From: Negativicutes bacterium
GTDB lineage: Bacteria; Bacillota; Negativicutes; UBA1444
Direction: 5' to 3'
Assembly: GCA_963665275.2 (NCBI GenBank)
Contig: CAXXIN010000019.1
Coordinates: 64,001 to 128,000, forward strand
DNA: 64,000 bases
Both the position numbers and the translations under genes were made by a program. Position 1 is the stretch's first letter. Every line of letters starts with the position of its first letter. Below are positions 50,864-60,514 of this stretch, piece after piece. A model generated the notes under the pieces. The model was not told where the DNA came from. It searched no databases and worked only from the letters and a program-made list of their open reading frames with translations.

Positions 50864-52411
50864 TTATACCACAAGTTCTTTCACTACGAGAGGAACGAAC
50901 TCCGCCAAATCCAGCGCGCTCATGCCGACCGGCCGTTCCAGCGCCACCCGGTCGCCTGCCAGCCCGTGCAGATAAACGCCGAGCACAGCAGCATCATGAC
51001 TCGATAAGCCTTGCGCAATCAATGCCGCGATGATACCGGCCAGGACGTCTCCCATGCCACCGGTCGCCATGCCTGAATTGCCGGTGGGATTGACGTAGAT
51101 CTCCCCGTCCGGAAACGCCACGATTGTGCGAGGGCCTTTCAGAACCACGATATTCCCCCACTCAATGGCGAAGCGGCGCGCAACGCCGATGCGGTCGGCC
51201 TGGATCTGCCGCACGGACAAGCCAGTCAGCCGGGCCATCTCTCCCGGGTGCGGCGTCAGCACCGCCAGCGCGTCCGCCGCAGCCAATATTTCGACATGAC
51301 CGCTTAATGCGAACAAAGCGTCCGCATCCAGCACCATCGGACGATCCATCAGCTGAATCAGCTCCAGAACCGCTTCCATCGTATCTGCATGGCGGCCCAG
51401 CCCCGGACCCAGCAGCACCACTGAAGAATGGGCGGAAAAATCATGCAGCATTTTCACGGCATCAGCGCCCAATCCGCCATTCAGAGTCTCCGGCAGTTCC
51501 AGCGTCATGGCTTCTGTCGTCTTCATTTCCATCACAGCACCAATGCAAGCAGGCACTCCGACCGTCACCAGACCGGCTCCGGTCCGCAGAGCGCCCTGTG
51601 CGGCCAGGAAAGCCGCGCCGCTCATCCCACGGGACCCGCCCATCACCAGCACATGACCGAAACTTCCTTTGTGCGAGTCCGGCGACCGCCGAGGCCGCAG
51701 CGAAATGGCCTGTTCGCGGGTAATCAGCGTTTGCCTGATGGTAGCAGCCGTCAGCAGTTCGGCAGGAATCCCAATCGGCGCGACCTCTACCTCGCCGGCG
51801 CAGCCAGCGCCCGGATACAAAAGAAGCCCCGGTTTGGGCAGTCCGAACGTCACCGTGCAGAAGGCCTGCACCGCCTTCTCTCGGACCAACCCTGTATTGG
51901 CATCCACACCGGAAGGGATGTCAACCGACAGAATCTTCTTGCCTGCCCCGTTCATCATTTCGATACTTTCCCGGTAAGAATCGCTCAGCTCCCCATGAAA
52001 ACCTGTGCCTAACAGCGCATCAATCACCAGGTCGGCGAAGGCTGCCCCGATGCGGGCTTTTTCCATGCCGCGCGGCTCCGTGAAGTCAACGCACTCCACC
52101 CCCATGCGCACAATCGTTTCCAGATGAATGAGCGCATCGCCCTTGATCAGCGCACGATCCGCCACCAGAAACAGTTTCACCCGTACACCGCAGTTATGAA
52201 GCCAGCGGGCTGCCACGAAACCGTCGCCTCCATTGTTGCCGCCGCCGCATACAATGAAAACGATCTTGCCGCGCGGCTCCTCCAAAACAGAGACTGCCTT
52301 CTCCGCCACGGCGCGTCCTGCATTCTCCATCAGCGCTATTCCCGGCAGTCCGAACCACTCCATGGTTGCTTTATCGATATCGCGCATTTCCTGCGCTGTC
52401 GCGATTTTCAT
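50864..52411 (-). CDS. nnr: Bifunctional NAD(P)H-hydrate epimerase/dehydratase
   Basis: LMENAG, GNNGGDG, DIPSG; HKG, TPHPGE and GGMGDVL. Confidence 0.95.
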   Translation of the reverse strand: MKIATAQEMRDIDKATMEWFGLPGIALMENAGRAVAEKAVSVLEEPRGKIVFIVCGGGNNGGDGFVAARWLHNCGVRVKLFLVADRALIKGDALIHLETIVRMGVECVDFTEPRGMEKARIGAAFADLVIDALLGTGFHGELSDSYRESIEMMNGAGKKILSVDIPSGVDANTGLVREKAVQAFCTVTFGLPKPGLLLYPGAGCAGEVEVAPIGIPAELLTAATIRQTLITREQAISLRPRRSPDSHKGSFGHVLVMGGSRGMSGAAFLAAQGALRTGAGLVTVGVPACIGAVMEMKTTEAMTLELPETLNGGLGADAVKMLHDFSAHSSVVLLGPGLGRHADTMEAVLELIQLMDRPMVLDADALFALSGHVEILAAADALAVLTPHPGEMARLTGLSVRQIQADRIGVARRFAIEWGNIVVLKGPRTIVAFPDGEIYVNPTGNSGMATGGMGDVLAGIIAALIAQGLSSHDAAVLGVYLHGLAGDRVALERPVGMSALDLAEFVPLVVKELVV

Positions 52412-52794
52412 TCCATTTCACCCCTCCACAACAATACCTGAGCCGTCGCATAATCCTGCGCATGCGAAAGAGAGACATGGATCGTAGTGACGCCAAGCTC
52501 CCGGGCCAGTTGGCCAAAACCTCCTGTCAGACTCATGACTGGTTTGCCCTGATCATCAGGCAGCACCTCGATATCCTGCCAGGTCCCGCCGCCGGCCAGA
52601 CCCGTCCCCAATGCTTTCATGACCGCTTCTTTCGCTGCGAAGCGGGCCGCATAGGAGGCTGCGCCCTGTCGCCCCCGTCCATTGCAGTAGGTTTGCTCCG
52701 CAGTCGTAAATACACGTTGCACAAACGCAGAGCTCTCGATGGCTTTTTTCATGCGGTGAATTTCCACCAGATCGATGCCAATCCCTACAACCAT
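52408..52794 (-). CDS. acpS: Holo-ACP synthase
   Basis: GIGIDLVEI, RFAAKEA and SLSH. Confidence 0.95.
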   Translation of the reverse strand: MVVGIGIDLVEIHRMKKAIESSAFVQRVFTTAEQTYCNGRGRQGAASYAARFAAKEAVMKALGTGLAGGGTWQDIEVLPDDQGKPVMSLTGGFGQLARELGVTTIHVSLSHAQDYATAQVLLWRGEME

Positions 52795-52810
52795 CGGAGC
52801 ACCTCCCGCT

Positions 52811-53608
52811 TCAGTCCAAAACAAACTTCTCGATGGCCACAGCCACTCCGTCTTCCGCGTTGGTCGCGGATATGAAATCAGCCGCCGCGCGGACCGTTGC
52901 GTTCGCATTGCCCATCGCCACGCCAACGCCGGCATATTCGATCATATCGACATCATTCATCGAATCGCCGATTGCCATGACCTCATGCTGTACGATTCCG
53001 AGCCTTCCAGCCAGAAAAGCCAGCGCCTCGCCTTTGTTCACTCGTGCGTCCACCATCTCCAGATAGCGTTTTTTCGACGATGCCAGATAAAGTTGATCCC
53101 CATACAACTGGGTTACCGCTGTCCGGATTTCCTTCAGTTCGTCCGTATCCCCCATACTGAGCAGTTTGGTCGGCGCCGCCGTCATCTGAAAAAACTCCAG
53201 CCCCTGCGGAATCGCTTCAACCCGGGCATAATCGGCATAAAATCGGGCGTTCTCGTCCAGATCGGCAACATAAAGCCGATCATCGACATATTTCTGCAAG
53301 TACCAGCCGCGCTCACGGAACAGATCCGCCAACCCCTGCGCCAGCCCCGTCTCGATGGGCCGGTGGAACAGAGTTTTACCGGAAGCTCCTTCCCTGATCA
53401 TCGCACCATTATAAACGATTAGAGGCAACTGTATCCCCAACTCCTTCGCATAAGGCAGCGCCGACTGAAACATCCGTCCTGTGGCGATCGTCACGGCCAC
53501 ACCCGCATCCATCGCCCGGCGGATCGCCTCCCGAGTCCTATCTGTAACCTGCTGCGTTTCGTTCAGCAGCGTATCATCCATATCCATCGCAATCAGTTTG
53601 ATCTTCAT
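52811..53608 (-). CDS. Cof-type HAD-IIB hydrolase
   Basis: DMDDTLL, ATGR, NKG and GDSMND. Confidence 0.92.
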   Translation of the reverse strand: MKIKLIAMDMDDTLLNETQQVTDRTREAIRRAMDAGVAVTIATGRMFQSALPYAKELGIQLPLIVYNGAMIREGASGKTLFHRPIETGLAQGLADLFRERGWYLQKYVDDRLYVADLDENARFYADYARVEAIPQGLEFFQMTAAPTKLLSMGDTDELKEIRTAVTQLYGDQLYLASSKKRYLEMVDARVNKGEALAFLAGRLGIVQHEVMAIGDSMNDVDMIEYAGVGVAMGNANATVRAAADFISATNAEDGVAVAIEKFVLD

Positions 53609-53656
53609 ATACTCTCCCCGGTGACAGGCACCGATTCCTCTTCCAATTATGGGATT

Positions 53657-54172
53657 TTATTTCTTTTCAAGTCCGAGCAGTTCCTGCTTCAGCGTCAGTC
53701 CGCCGCCGAATCCGGTGAGACTGCCATCCGAACCCACGACCCGGTGACACGGGACAACGATGGGCGTCCGGTTCGCATGCATCGCGCCGCCTACAGCCCG
53801 CGCCGCCCCCGGCCGTCCTACCGCCGTTGCGATACCGCCATAGGTCGCCACCTGTCCCGACGGAATATCAGCCGTGAATTGCAGGGCTTTCAGGCGAAAC
53901 TCCGTATAGCCCGACCAGTCGATCGGTACTGTGAAAACAGTCGGTTCGCCGGAAAAATAGCGCTCCAGCTCCTGCAGCAAAGCCGCCTGCCATCCCTGCT
54001 GACGCTCGTCCAGCTGACCCTGCGCCGGATTGACTGTCGTTAGATGCCCGAGGGCTTCCTGCTCCGACGGATAGGGGAAGGTCAATTCATACAGTCCCTG
54101 CTCCGACCAGACAGAGGCCAAAATCCCGCGCCCAATATGCAGGAAAACCAATTTTTTCGTCATCTCACTCAC
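53657..54172 (-). CDS. ogt: Methylated-DNA--protein-cysteine methyltransferase
   Basis: ARAVG, PCHRV and LTGFGGG. Confidence 0.92.
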   Translation of the reverse strand: MSEMTKKLVFLHIGRGILASVWSEQGLYELTFPYPSEQEALGHLTTVNPAQGQLDERQQGWQAALLQELERYFSGEPTVFTVPIDWSGYTEFRLKALQFTADIPSGQVATYGGIATAVGRPGAARAVGGAMHANRTPIVVPCHRVVGSDGSLTGFGGGLTLKQELLGLEKK

Positions 54173-54963
54173 TCCTCCGGCAAATTGGCATTGGCGGCTT
54201 TCCAGGCTTCCTCCCGGATCAGCTCCAACACGTCCCTTTTGATATCAAGGAATTCATCAGACAGCTTCATATCATACGTCCGTTTCGCCGGCAGTTTGAC
54301 CTCGATCCGGGCCTTGATGCGCCCCGGCCTGGCTGTCATGACATAGATCGTATCACCGATGAACACAGCCTCTTCCACATCATGTGTCACGAACAGGATT
54401 GTCTTGTGCGACTCATCCCACACCGACAGCAGCAGCTCCTGCATTACCGAGCGGGTCTGGGCGTCGAGAGCGCCGAACGGCTCATCCATCAGCAGAACTT
54501 CCGGATCGTTAGCCAGTGCCCTTGCTATCGCGACCCGCTGTTTCATTCCGCCGGACAATTTGCGCGGATAAGCTTTTTCAAAACCCTTGAGACCGATTTT
54601 TTCAATATAGAACTTCACCGCATCCTGCTGATCCGATTTTGGCCGTCCTGCCACATCCAGCCCGAATGCGATGTTTTCTTCCACGCTCAGCCAGGGAAAC
54701 AGCGTGTACGCCTGAAACACCATGCCCCGGTCCTTGCCCGGCTGCCGGATCTCCTTGCCGTCCAATAGCACCCGGCCGCTTGACGCCTCTTCCAGCCCGG
54801 CGATGATCCGCAGGATAGTGGACTTGCCGCAGCCCGACGGTCCGAGAATCGTCACGAACTCACTTTCCGCCACACAGAAACTGGTGTTCGACAACGCCGT
54901 CACCGTGCCGTTTTTTTCACGAAATACCTTGGAAACATCCTCAATGCATAATTTATTCTCCAT
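54169..54963 (-). CDS. NitT/TauT-family ABC transporter ATPase
   Basis: GPSGCGKST, LSGGMKQR and MDEPFGALDAQTR. Confidence 0.92.
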   Translation of the reverse strand: MENKLCIEDVSKVFREKNGTVTALSNTSFCVAESEFVTILGPSGCGKSTILRIIAGLEEASSGRVLLDGKEIRQPGKDRGMVFQAYTLFPWLSVEENIAFGLDVAGRPKSDQQDAVKFYIEKIGLKGFEKAYPRKLSGGMKQRVAIARALANDPEVLLMDEPFGALDAQTRSVMQELLLSVWDESHKTILFVTHDVEEAVFIGDTIYVMTARPGRIKARIEVKLPAKRTYDMKLSDEFLDIKRDVLELIREEAWKAANANLPEE

Positions 54964-55766
54964 CAGGCCGCCCCTCCTTTTCCCATCCAAGGATACAGCC
55001 TCTTATACAGCCACTTGAAGACCAAATCAATGAGGATGCCGATCACGCCGATCACGAGAATGCCGACGATGATATTCGCTGTTTTCAGAAACCGCTGGGA
55101 CTGCATGATCATGTACCCCAGTCCGGAGCTGGCTGCGATGATCTCCGCCACCACCAGATACGTCCAGGCCCAACCAAAGGTAATCCGCAGGGTATCCATG
55201 ATTCCCGGCATGCTGGCAGGCAGAATGATGCGCCAGAATACGCTCCGCTTGGAAACACCCAAGGTATAGGACGTGTCGATCAGTTCCTGCGACACGTTTT
55301 TGGTCACATCCATTACCATCAGGGTCATCTGAAAAAAGGTGCCAAAGAAAATCACGGCCACTTTCTCGATTTCGCCGATTCCCAGCCAGAGAATAAACAG
55401 CGGTATGAACGCCGACGCAGGCATATAGCGGATAAAGCCGAGAAACGGCTCAAAGAACGCTTCGAAAACTTTCAGACTGCCCATCAGAACTCCTAGCGGG
55501 ACCCCAACCACGGCTGCCACCAAAAATCCTGCAGTAACGCGCAGTACGCTGGCGGTAATGTCTTTCATCAGATCAAATTCGGTAAAAAGCGAAATAGCGC
55601 CTGTGACGATGGCGTCCGGCGCAGGCAAAAAGAGCGGCGGCACCCAGCCGCTATAAGTGATCAGGGCCCATACCAGCAAGAGCAGCACAAAAGCGAGCCC
55701 TGCCAAAGATCCGTACAGGGATCGGGAAATCTCCGCCTTGGGAGTGGCCCATTTGCTTGTGGCCAA
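54963..55766 (-). CDS. NitT/TauT-family ABC transporter permease
   Basis: RYMPASAF.PL and WTYLVVAE..AASSGLG. Confidence 0.9.
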   Translation of the reverse strand: MATSKWATPKAEISRSLYGSLAGLAFVLLLLVWALITYSGWVPPLFLPAPDAIVTGAISLFTEFDLMKDITASVLRVTAGFLVAAVVGVPLGVLMGSLKVFEAFFEPFLGFIRYMPASAFIPLFILWLGIGEIEKVAVIFFGTFFQMTLMVMDVTKNVSQELIDTSYTLGVSKRSVFWRIILPASMPGIMDTLRITFGWAWTYLVVAEIIAASSGLGYMIMQSQRFLKTANIIVGILVIGVIGILIDLVFKWLYKRLYPWMGKGGAA

Positions 55767-55780
55767 ATCAAATCACCATC

Positions 55781-55834
55781 CAAAAAAAAATATCGGGGCT
55801 GTGAAAACGGCATCAGACGCCTTTTCCACAGCCC
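55781..55834 (-). terminator. Intra-operon stem-loop/terminator after the binding-protein gene
   Basis: GGGGCTGTGGAAAAGGC...GCCGTTTTCACAGCCCC followed by gata and 9 T. Confidence 0.6.
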
Positions 55835-55854
55835 CGCCGCTGTCTTCTACCGTC

Positions 55855-56874
55855 TTATTTTATCTTGGTAATGAAAGAACTGTCAATGACATTGGTAACA
55901 TCGGGCACTTTGGTGAGGATTTTTTGTCCGACATAGAATTCGCCGGCGATTTTGGCGACTTCAAAGAGAGCGCCCGGTTTTTCTTTGGTGCCGAACAAGG
56001 CAAGATTGTCCTTCAAATTGTAAAATTGGATCGTCTTGTTCCCTTCCAGGGTTTCTTCCGGCTTTTCCTTTAATTCGCCCGCCATGATTTTTGCGGCTTC
56101 AGCCGGGTTTTTCTGGATGAAGTCGGTTGCTTCGGACAACGCGGCGACAATTTTTTGCACTGCATCCGGATTGGCCTTTACGAAATCTTCATGCAAAGCC
56201 AGCACGTCGGCGATCAGCGCCGGTGTATCCTTGGTGGTGGAAAGGATGATATTGCCGGCAGCAGCCGCTTTGGTGATATGCGGTTCCCAGGTCACGGCAG
56301 CGGGAACTTTGCCAGCCATCAACGCGCTGGCGGCTTCACTGGCCTTCATTTCGACAGCTTTGACATCCTCATCCTTCATCCCGTTCTTTTTCAGCAGGGT
56401 GGAAAGGTAGAGGTGGGAAGCGGAACCTTTGTTGAAGGCAATTTCTTTGCCTTTCAGGTCGGCGATCGTTTTGATTCCGCTGGCCTTGGTCACGAGGATC
56501 CCGTCAGCGCCTGCCGAAGCGTCAAACGCCCAGACGAGCTTGAGGGGAACGCCCTGTCCCAGCGCCGCAACGGATACGTCGACGGAAGCGGCCATACCCT
56601 GGATTTTTTTTGCAACAATGGACTGTTTGCGTACGCCTACGTCTTCGATGGACTGGATTTGAACATCCAGGCCGCGGGATTTGAACATGCCTTTTTGTGA
56701 GGCGACAAAGAGAGCGCCATAGCCATTCCATGGAGTATAAGCGATGATGATGGGCTCAGACTTGGCAGCCGGAGCAGGCTGCGCAGCAGGCTTGGCGGGT
56801 TCGCTCTTGCCGCAGCCGGCGGCAAAAGTCACCAACAAGAGAGTAACGAGCAGGAGTGCGAGTGATTTTTTCAT
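55855..56874 (-). CDS. SsuA/THI5-like ABC substrate-binding lipoprotein
   Basis: AAGC lipobox; PWNGY, SAGADG and VTWEP. Confidence 0.88.
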   Translation of the reverse strand: MKKSLALLLVTLLLVTFAAGCGKSEPAKPAAQPAPAAKSEPIIIAYTPWNGYGALFVASQKGMFKSRGLDVQIQSIEDVGVRKQSIVAKKIQGMAASVDVSVAALGQGVPLKLVWAFDASAGADGILVTKASGIKTIADLKGKEIAFNKGSASHLYLSTLLKKNGMKDEDVKAVEMKASEAASALMAGKVPAAVTWEPHITKAAAAGNIILSTTKDTPALIADVLALHEDFVKANPDAVQKIVAALSEATDFIQKNPAEAAKIMAGELKEKPEETLEGNKTIQFYNLKDNLALFGTKEKPGALFEVAKIAGEFYVGQKILTKVPDVTNVIDSSFITKIK

Positions 56875-56920
56875 GTTCTCACCTTTTCTTTCTTTATTGT
56901 ACTAAAGCACAGAAATATAT

Positions 56921-56947
56921 ATTCTACGTGGACGGCGAATTTCCTGC
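56921..56947 (-). promoter_or_regulatory. sigmaH-like promoter
   Basis: GCAGGAAAT-N11-GTAGAAT fits RNAGGAWWW-N11/12-RNNGAAT. Confidence 0.6.
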
Positions 56948-56989
56948 TGGAGAAAATTTGAATCAGATAGATTTTATTTTGCGCTTTTA

Positions 56990-58105
56990 TTATTTAACAC
57001 ATTTTTTCAGCACGTCGACGAGCGCCTGATTCTGCTGGTGCGTGCCGAGCGAAATTCTCAAATAGGTCGGGTAGCCCCAGCCGGTCGCGCCCCGGATAAT
57101 AATGCCGGCAGCGCGGGCTGCATTGATCAGTGATTCCGTTTCCCTTCCCGTATCGACAAACACGAAATTGGTCTGGGAAGGAAAGACCCGCCAGCCCAAT
57201 TCCGTCAGTTGCTCTGTAATCCAATTCCGCTCCGCCGCATTCTTCGCTGCCGCCATCCCGACGAACTCCGCGTCGTCGAGTGCGGCGATTGCGCCGAACT
57301 GGGCCAGCGTATTCACATTGAACAATGGACGTACCCGCTGAATGAGACAGGTAACATCCGGATGGGCAATGCCGTAGCCAACGCGCATACCGGCAAGTCC
57401 GTAAATCTTGGAGAACGTGCGGATCGTCACCACATTGGGAAATTCCTTCTGCAGATCCAGACTGGACATAAAGGACGGATCCTCGACGAAATCGATATAG
57501 GCTTCATCCAATCCAACCAGAATGTGGGGGGGAACCGCAGTCAGGAACCGGTGCAGTTCAGCGCCGCCGACCGAAACGCCCGTGGGATTGTTCGGGTTGC
57601 AGAGAAAGATTATTCTCGTCCGGGACGTCACCGCCCCCAGCATTGCATCGAGGTCAACCTTCAGATCATCGGCGCGTACCGGCACCTTCACCGGCCGTCC
57701 GTCCATGATCGTGGTGGCATTGGCATACTGGCCAAATGTCGGCCACGGCATTACCACTTCATCCCCTGGCGACACAAATGCGTTGACCAAGAGAGCAATG
57801 GCTTCATCGCCGCCATTACCGATATATACGCTTTCCAGGGTCACGCCATAACGATCGGCGATCTTCTGCCGCAGCTCTTTCGCTTCCATATCATGGTACA
57901 GATGCACCTGACAGGCAGCCTGACGCATGGCGGTCACCGCCTTGGGCGACGGCCCATAGGGGCTCTCATTGAAAGAAAGTTTAGCGACTGATTCCCGCTC
58001 CAGCAGGCGGCACAGCTCGGCTGGCGTATGATCCGGCCAACTAGGAGCATAGGGTTTGATACTTTCGATGACCGGGCGCGGCGTTGTTTTCTTCTGTTGC
58101 ATCAC
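56990..58105 (-). CDS. hisC: Histidinol-phosphate transaminase-like PLP aminotransferase
   Basis: LSFNESP, NPNNPTG, DEAY and RTFSKIYGLAGMRVGY. Confidence 0.8.
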   Translation of the reverse strand: MMQQKKTTPRPVIESIKPYAPSWPDHTPAELCRLLERESVAKLSFNESPYGPSPKAVTAMRQAACQVHLYHDMEAKELRQKIADRYGVTLESVYIGNGGDEAIALLVNAFVSPGDEVVMPWPTFGQYANATTIMDGRPVKVPVRADDLKVDLDAMLGAVTSRTRIIFLCNPNNPTGVSVGGAELHRFLTAVPPHILVGLDEAYIDFVEDPSFMSSLDLQKEFPNVVTIRTFSKIYGLAGMRVGYGIAHPDVTCLIQRVRPLFNVNTLAQFGAIAALDDAEFVGMAAAKNAAERNWITEQLTELGWRVFPSQTNFVFVDTGRETESLINAARAAGIIIRGATGWGYPTYLRISLGTHQQNQALVDVLKKCVK

Positions 58106-58264
58106 AAATCTCCTGCCTGTTTGAATTTATTCTCTATAATCAGCAATGGCTAAATTTTATCATAGATCGGCCGTGCAACCAACTGCCTTGGCCTTTCAAG
58201 CAATAAGAAACGAGGACTGCGGACAACTTTTACAAGTTCGCCCTCAGCCCTCGTAGGGTGGATA

Positions 58265-58423
58265 TTATTCGGCGTTGAATTGATCCTTGTTTACGCCGCA
58301 GACCGGGCAGACCCAGTCCTCAGAGACATTCTCCCAGGCGGTACCGGGTGCTACGCCATGATCGGGGTCTCCCTCTGCCGGATCGTAAACATAACCGCAT
58401 ACTGAACAAACATACTTTTGCAT
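58265..58423 (-). CDS. Rubredoxin
   Basis: [15 protein letters not shown]...DWVCPVCG; AAGGAG RBS. Confidence 0.96.
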   Translation of the reverse strand: MQKYVCSVCGYVYDPAEGDPDHGVAPGTAWENVSEDWVCPVCGVNKDQFNAE

Positions 58424-58486
58424 TCTAAATTTCTCCTTCCTTTTATAGCATGACATTCTGCCATTGCCTTTATGAGCAGGCTTTTC

Positions 58487-59242
58487 CTAACGGTTGGCGC
58501 CCCCGCCGCCGCCGGATCCACCGCCGAAACCACCACCGCTACCGCTGCCGCCACCTCCTCCACGCCCGGAGAAAGCCAACGCCAAGAGCAACTGGGTAAA
58601 GAATCCGCCCAAGACAAACCAGTCAAACAGTAGGAACAGAATAATGCCGACACCGATCAGCAGTTGCTGCCAAACAGGGATATCAGCCGCTGCACCGCTG
58701 TTCTTCGGACTGGTCCGGGTTGTCGTTTTGATTTGCTGCTTGTATTCAGCGGCAACTTCCTGCAACACCGCTATGTAAGTGTTTCTCACCGCGGTATTGT
58801 AATCGCCTGTTTCCATTCCGGGGCGCATAAATTCATCCATGATTCGGCCAACCTTGGCGTCAGGCAGCGCCCCTTCCAGTCCATAGCCGATTTCAATACG
58901 CGCTTTCTTCTCAGTTACCGCAACCAGGATCAGTACGCCATTATTGAGTTTACGGTCGCCGATACCCCACTTGCGGAACAGCGCCAGACTATATTCTTCA
59001 ATCGGCTCCCCTTCGAGAGATGGAATCGTCACCACGGCAATCTGCGCTTGGGTGCGCGACCTTAGCTCAGTGCTGAGCCGGTTGATCTGGCTTTCCGTTT
59101 CGCGCGACAAAACGTCGCCATAATCCTGGGCATAAATATCCCGGGTCGGAACGGGCGGAATTTTGGGTGCAGCCAGGGCCGGCACGGCGAGAAGCAGCAC
59201 GCAGCCGACAATGGCAAGCCACGCCGCTATGCGTTTAAACAA
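58487..59242 (-). CDS. TPM-domain (YgcG-like) membrane protein
   Basis: QIAVVT, WGIG..NNGVL, RIEIGYGLEG.LPD and a Gly-rich tail. Confidence 0.9.
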   Translation of the reverse strand: MFKRIAAWLAIVGCVLLLAVPALAAPKIPPVPTRDIYAQDYGDVLSRETESQINRLSTELRSRTQAQIAVVTIPSLEGEPIEEYSLALFRKWGIGDRKLNNGVLILVAVTEKKARIEIGYGLEGALPDAKVGRIMDEFMRPGMETGDYNTAVRNTYIAVLQEVAAEYKQQIKTTTRTSPKNSGAAADIPVWQQLLIGVGIILFLLFDWFVLGGFFTQLLLALAFSGRGGGGGSGSGGGFGGGSGGGGGANR

Positions 59243-59287
59243 GCTTCCTCAGCCTCCTTCCGACTTTTGAGCCGTAGCGGCGCAAAA

Positions 59288-59854
59288 TCAGAATTTGACC
59301 GCCGGAACCTGTTTGGCGCCTTCTTCAGCGCGGAAATATTCCTTCGACGAGAAGCCGAACATACCGGCGATGATGCTCGTGGGGAAAGTTTTGATCCGTG
59401 TGTTGAAGGACTGGACCGCCAGGTTGTAGTCCCGGCGCGCGACTGCGATCCGGTTCTCCGTGCCGGCCAGTTCGTCCATCAGGCCCTGAAAAGTTTTGTC
59501 GGATTTCAACTGGGGATAGTTCTCGACCACCACCAGCAAGCGGGAAAGCGCTCCGCTAAGTTCGTTATTGGCTTCGCCCCTTGCGGCCGGTCCCTGTGCT
59601 CCGGCCAGTTTGGCCCGTGCATTGGTCACTGAGTCAATAACGCTTTTCTCCTGAGCGGCAAAGCCTTTCACGGTATTCACCAGGTTGGGGATCAGATCCG
59701 CCCGGCGCTGCAGCATGGTATCGATCTGGCTCCATTGGCCGTTCACCTTTTCCTGTTCCGCCACCAGGCCATTATAGGAGGACATCAACGTCAGGCCGAA
59801 CACCCCGACGATGGCTACAATTGCAATTAAAGCAATGGTTGATTTACTCATCAT
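59288..59854 (-). CDS. lemA: LemA family protein
   Basis: LQRRADLIPNLV, ENYPQLK and LAGTENRIAVARR. Confidence 0.93.
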   Translation of the reverse strand: MMSKSTIALIAIVAIVGVFGLTLMSSYNGLVAEQEKVNGQWSQIDTMLQRRADLIPNLVNTVKGFAAQEKSVIDSVTNARAKLAGAQGPAARGEANNELSGALSRLLVVVENYPQLKSDKTFQGLMDELAGTENRIAVARRDYNLAVQSFNTRIKTFPTSIIAGMFGFSSKEYFRAEEGAKQVPAVKF

Positions 59855-59883
59855 TACATCCCTTTCCTTACACTATAAAATAT

Positions 59884-60453
59884 TTAATCAGCAACAATTC
59901 TGTGGATCACAAACGAGAGAACAAACAGGATTCCCACGAGTCGATGCACGTACCTCAGTTTGGTCATCTTGGGCATCCAACGGACGTAGAGTCCCGAAGC
60001 GGCAACCACCAGCATCAGAGCGGCAGCCATCAGTCCAGTCTCGACGGCGAAGCTGAAATTACCGGCGGCCCAGATCCACCACATAACATACCCATGCAGC
60101 AAAACAACCGAAAACACCACAACTCCGAGCAGGGGATGACCGAGACGCAGCACCGTGATCCAATATTTCACGCCAGAATCCACGCGCGCCGGAATCGGAA
60201 TCTGCATCTTGCGCACCATCACGAAGGAATCTCTCACGCCGTAGTACAAAGTCGCGACAAACCCGAGCAGGAAAGCGGCTTTTCCTATGCTCTCCCCCAA
60301 TTTGCCGATGCGTTCGAACGGAACAAGGGCTTCAATCCAGTGCGACAATTGGTCGCTGAGAATCATCGCGACGACCGCCAGTATCAGGATGGAGGCAAAA
60401 ACATGAAATTTTTGGTGTGCATTTTTTGCCAGGTTTTCCAACCAGAGCGCCAT
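59884..60453 (-). CDS. Membrane protein with two H-x13-H helices (ferric-reductase-like heme b domain, inferred)
   Basis: About 5 hydrophobic segments; HPLLGVVVFSVVLLH and HRLVGILFVLSFVIH. Confidence 0.65.
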   Translation of the reverse strand: MALWLENLAKNAHQKFHVFASILILAVVAMILSDQLSHWIEALVPFERIGKLGESIGKAAFLLGFVATLYYGVRDSFVMVRKMQIPIPARVDSGVKYWITVLRLGHPLLGVVVFSVVLLHGYVMWWIWAAGNFSFAVETGLMAAALMLVVAASGLYVRWMPKMTKLRYVHRLVGILFVLSFVIHRIVAD

Positions 60454-60514
60454 ATTTCTACCCCCGTACTTTCTATTGTACCCAATTTTTAGGGTTTTGA
60501 CCAGCAATAGCGTC

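Noticed and set aside
55781-58480. ANTAR target hairpins (AAAGGC/AATGGC-like loops at about 55815, 58143 and 58462; also 16356)
   Set aside because: The loops lack closing base pairs or a second hairpin, or lie on the wrong strand.
58490-58570. GGC/CCG-rich low-complexity repeats (also the groL 3' end at 39850-39900)
   Set aside because: They encode the normal Gly-rich tails of TPM proteins and GroEL.
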